A stretch of DNA of 64,000 nt from Gemmatimonadaceae bacterium (GTDB lineage: Bacteria > Gemmatimonadota > Gemmatimonadetes > Gemmatimonadales > Gemmatimonadaceae), in the NCBI GenBank assembly GCA_051859245.1, contig JBHYGA010000001.1, positions 160,001-224,000 on the forward strand, given 5' to 3'. The first letter of the stretch is position 1. The number at the start of each line of letters is the position of its first letter. Shown here piece after piece: positions 61,874-64,000 of the stretch. Below the pieces are notes generated by a model. The model had not been told where the DNA came from and made no database searches. It was given only the letters and a program-made list of their open reading frames with translations. A program made the translations under genes and the position numbers.

Positions 61874-61967
61874 GAGAGTCTCCGAATGGGAAGGAAGTGA
61901 AGAACATGACAGACCTGTAAAATACTGCGCCTCACGATTCTGGTGTGGCGTGTCGACACTCACCGGA

Positions 61968-63218
61968 ATGCCCGCCGTACTCCCACCAGTCGTCGCCGTC
62001 GAACCCGCGACCGCAGCACCCGCTGCCAGCATCCGACCACTCGGCTCGCCTACAGGCCGCCACCTTGGGTTGGCGTTGCTGGCCTATCTGGTGGCAACCA
62101 CGCTGCTCATTACCTGGGCACCATTTGCCTTCACACTCGTGCCCGCGCACGGATTCAGTACGGTGTGGACGTGGTCAGATCTGGTGCTCAACGTGGTGAT
62201 GTTCCTTCCACTTGGATTTTTCGCACAATCCGCACGTGTGCACGAGCGCGAAGTCGCATGGTGGATGGTTGGTCTGGCTGGCGCGTTGCTCAGTGCGGTT
62301 ATCGAAGTGGGTCAGCTGTTTCTTGCGGAACGATTCTCGTCGGTTTTCGACATTTGCACGAACGGTCTCGGAGCGGCGATTGGCGCGCGTGCGTTCCAGG
62401 CGGTGCGTCCGCGCGTTCGAATTGGTCGCGGCGCGGTATCGGCGCTGGCGCTTGAGTTACCGCTCATGGGCCTTGTGGTGCTGCTGGTACCGTTGCTCTG
62501 GGTCACCGGTTTCGCGAGTGCGGGCACGGACCGCGTCTGGTTAATGCTGCCGATCGCAACATTCGGAGGAGCCCTCATCGGCGCGGTGCACGGCGCGTAT
62601 CTCGATCAAACGGCTCGTGTATCCCGCGGCGCGATGCTGGTTGCGGTGGCCGTGTGGTTTGTTGTAGCGGCGCTTCCCGGCGCCGCCGAACATACCGATG
62701 TGCTGATCGCGGGCGCCACACTTGCCATTGGCTGCGCGTGGCTGCGGAGCCAATCCACTGCGCGCGCGCGAGCTCGCAATGGTGATCAGCGTGTGGAGCT
62801 GCGCACGCTGCGCATCGCGTTGCCGCTGTTCGCGGTGTATTTCACGCTGGCCTCGCTCTGGCCGCTCGATGCGGTGGACGGTGTGTGGCGAGGCGCGTGG
62901 GCACTCGCACCATCGCGCGATGGCCTGTCGCGTGCGCTGCTCATGCAGTCGCTTGAATACCTCGCCGGTTTCACGCTCGTGGGTTATGTCACCGCCGAGT
63001 TCCACGGCCGTTCGAATGAACCGTATCGCGTGATCTCTCGGCGCGTGCTGCGCTGCTCGATAGTGCTGGTCGTGTTGCTGGAAACGGCGCGGGGATGGAA
63101 TACGGCACAGGGGGCAAGTCTGGCGATCGCGCTGCTGGCCGTTGCCGCCGGACTCTTTGGTGGCTGGTTGTATCACTTGCAACGTGATCATGTGCGCACG
63201 CTGCTGCGGCGCGCGTAG
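61968..63218 (+). CDS. VanZ-family polytopic membrane protein
   Basis: DLVLNVVMFLPLG, SAVIEVGQLF and R.SS..DICTNGLG; about 12 TMs. Start uncertain. Confidence 0.75.
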   Translation: MPAVLPPVVAVEPATAAPAASIRPLGSPTGRHLGLALLAYLVATTLLITWAPFAFTLVPAHGFSTVWTWSDLVLNVVMFLPLGFFAQSARVHEREVAWWMVGLAGALLSAVIEVGQLFLAERFSSVFDICTNGLGAAIGARAFQAVRPRVRIGRGAVSALALELPLMGLVVLLVPLLWVTGFASAGTDRVWLMLPIATFGGALIGAVHGAYLDQTARVSRGAMLVAVAVWFVVAALPGAAEHTDVLIAGATLAIGCAWLRSQSTARARARNGDQRVELRTLRIALPLFAVYFTLASLWPLDAVDGVWRGAWALAPSRDGLSRALLMQSLEYLAGFTLVGYVTAEFHGRSNEPYRVISRRVLRCSIVLVVLLETARGWNTAQGASLAIALLAVAAGLFGGWLYHLQRDHVRTLLRRA

Positions 63219-63227
63219 ATGCCGATG

Positions 63228-63281
63228 GTGAATACCACGTGTGACTACCGCGTGTAGCTACCGCGTGTGAATACTCCGCGT
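63228..63281. repeat. Imperfect 13-bp tandem repeat x4
   Basis: GTGAATACCACGT / GTGACTACCGCGT / GTAGCTACCGCGT / GTGAATACTCCGCGT. Confidence 0.8.
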
Positions 63282-63403
63282 GGCGAGCCGCGCGCGGACA
63301 CTGCGCGTAGGGACTGCCTGTAGGGCGAACGCCGCTGGCACTCGGCGGGCGTTGAGCGCATACTCAACTGAGTTGACTCGCCCTCCTACGCCGGATTCCC
63401 GCC

Positions 63404-64000
63404 ATGTCTCACATGATCACTCGGCTGCGCCGCGGTTACACGCTTGCGCACGCATTCGCGCTCGCCGCTACGACCGCGCTGTTGCCAGCAGACGCGTTCG
63501 CACAACGTACCGAACGCCCACAGCTTCACGGCAAACACTGGGTGGCCGTGACGGGCAAACCGCTCGGCGCGACGGCCGGCGCCATGATTTTTCAGCAGGG
63601 CGGCAACGCCGTAGACGCCGCTGCCGCGATGCTTGCCGCCACGTGCACCATGTGGGACACGCTCGGCTGCGGTGGTGAAACACAAGCGCTGATCTATCAT
63701 CCCAAACTCAAGAAGGTGATCGGGATCAATGCGCTCGGCATGGCACCAACCGGCGCCACGCCTGCGTTCTACAAATCCAAAGGCATGAGTTTTCCGCCAG
63801 AGTTCGGTCCGCTGGCCGCCGTGACACCCGGAACACCCGGCGGACTCATGGTGATGCTCGCCGAGTACGGCACGATGTCGTTGGCGCAGGTGCTTGCCCC
63901 CGCCATTCAGATGGCCGATGTCGGGTATCCGATCGAAGCGCAAGCGGCGAACGCCATGCACGCAAACGCAGCGCGCTTTAAGGAATGGAAATACTCACCG
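63404..64000 (+). CDS. ggt: Gamma-glutamyltransferase family protein (3' end outside window; not in ORF track)
   Basis: Manual translation gives a signal peptide, then GAMIFQQGGNAVDAAAAM, GGETQALIY, VTPGTPGG and YGTMSLAQVLAPAIQMA. Confidence 0.88.
   Translation, partial: MSHMITRLRRGYTLAHAFALAATTALLPADAFAQRTERPQLHGKHWVAVTGKPLGATAGAMIFQQGGNAVDAAAAMLAATCTMWDTLGCGGETQALIYHPKLKKVIGINALGMAPTGATPAFYKSKGMSFPPEFGPLAAVTPGTPGGLMVMLAEYGTMSLAQVLAPAIQMADVGYPIEAQAANAMHANAARFKEWKYSP

Noticed and set aside
51503..63218. Antibiotic-resistance cluster (two beta-lactamase-fold genes, VanZ-like gene)
   Set aside because: These are broad hydrolase and membrane families; nothing in the sequence supports true beta-lactamase or glycopeptide resistance, and there is no mobile context.
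63228..63281. Possible mini-CRISPR array
   Set aside because: The 13-bp units are directly adjacent with no spacers, and no cas genes are present.

Overview
GC-rich (roughly 60-65% by eye) bacterial chromosomal segment that is densely coding. I see no rRNA/tRNA, CRISPR array, integrase or transposase. The gene repertoire (SusC/SusD pair, duplicated ADOP-type ABC permease, VPS10/BNR-repeat protein, 6-bladed propeller and carboxypeptidase-regulatory-domain proteins, tricorn protease) suggests Gemmatimonadota; this is an inference. The main block is a complete Na+-translocating NADH:quinone reductase operon nqrABCDEF-apbE-nqrM (10778-18019). The rest is transport (SSS symporter, MacAB-like exporter, MsbA-like ABC), envelope and redox stress genes (multicopper oxidase, exported MsrA/MsrB, MauG-like diheme protein, NlpE-META), two hybrid histidine kinases with a PP2C phosphatase, a HerA/DUF87-like ATPase, a DEAD-box helicase, a cold-shock protein and several hydrolases. 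I found no clearly new multi-gene system. The best leads are small-scale: (1) a DEAD-box helicase with no in-frame ATG/GTG/TTG that appears to start at CTG behind a structured leader; (2) two small ORFs missed by the ORF track; (3) 11-bp stop-codon-containing duplications and helically phased GTTTA repeats; (4) a 13-bp tandem repeat and a branched structured element upstream of ggt; (5) several leaderless, ECF-type and sigma54-type promoters. Family assignments are from motif recognition, not from database searches.
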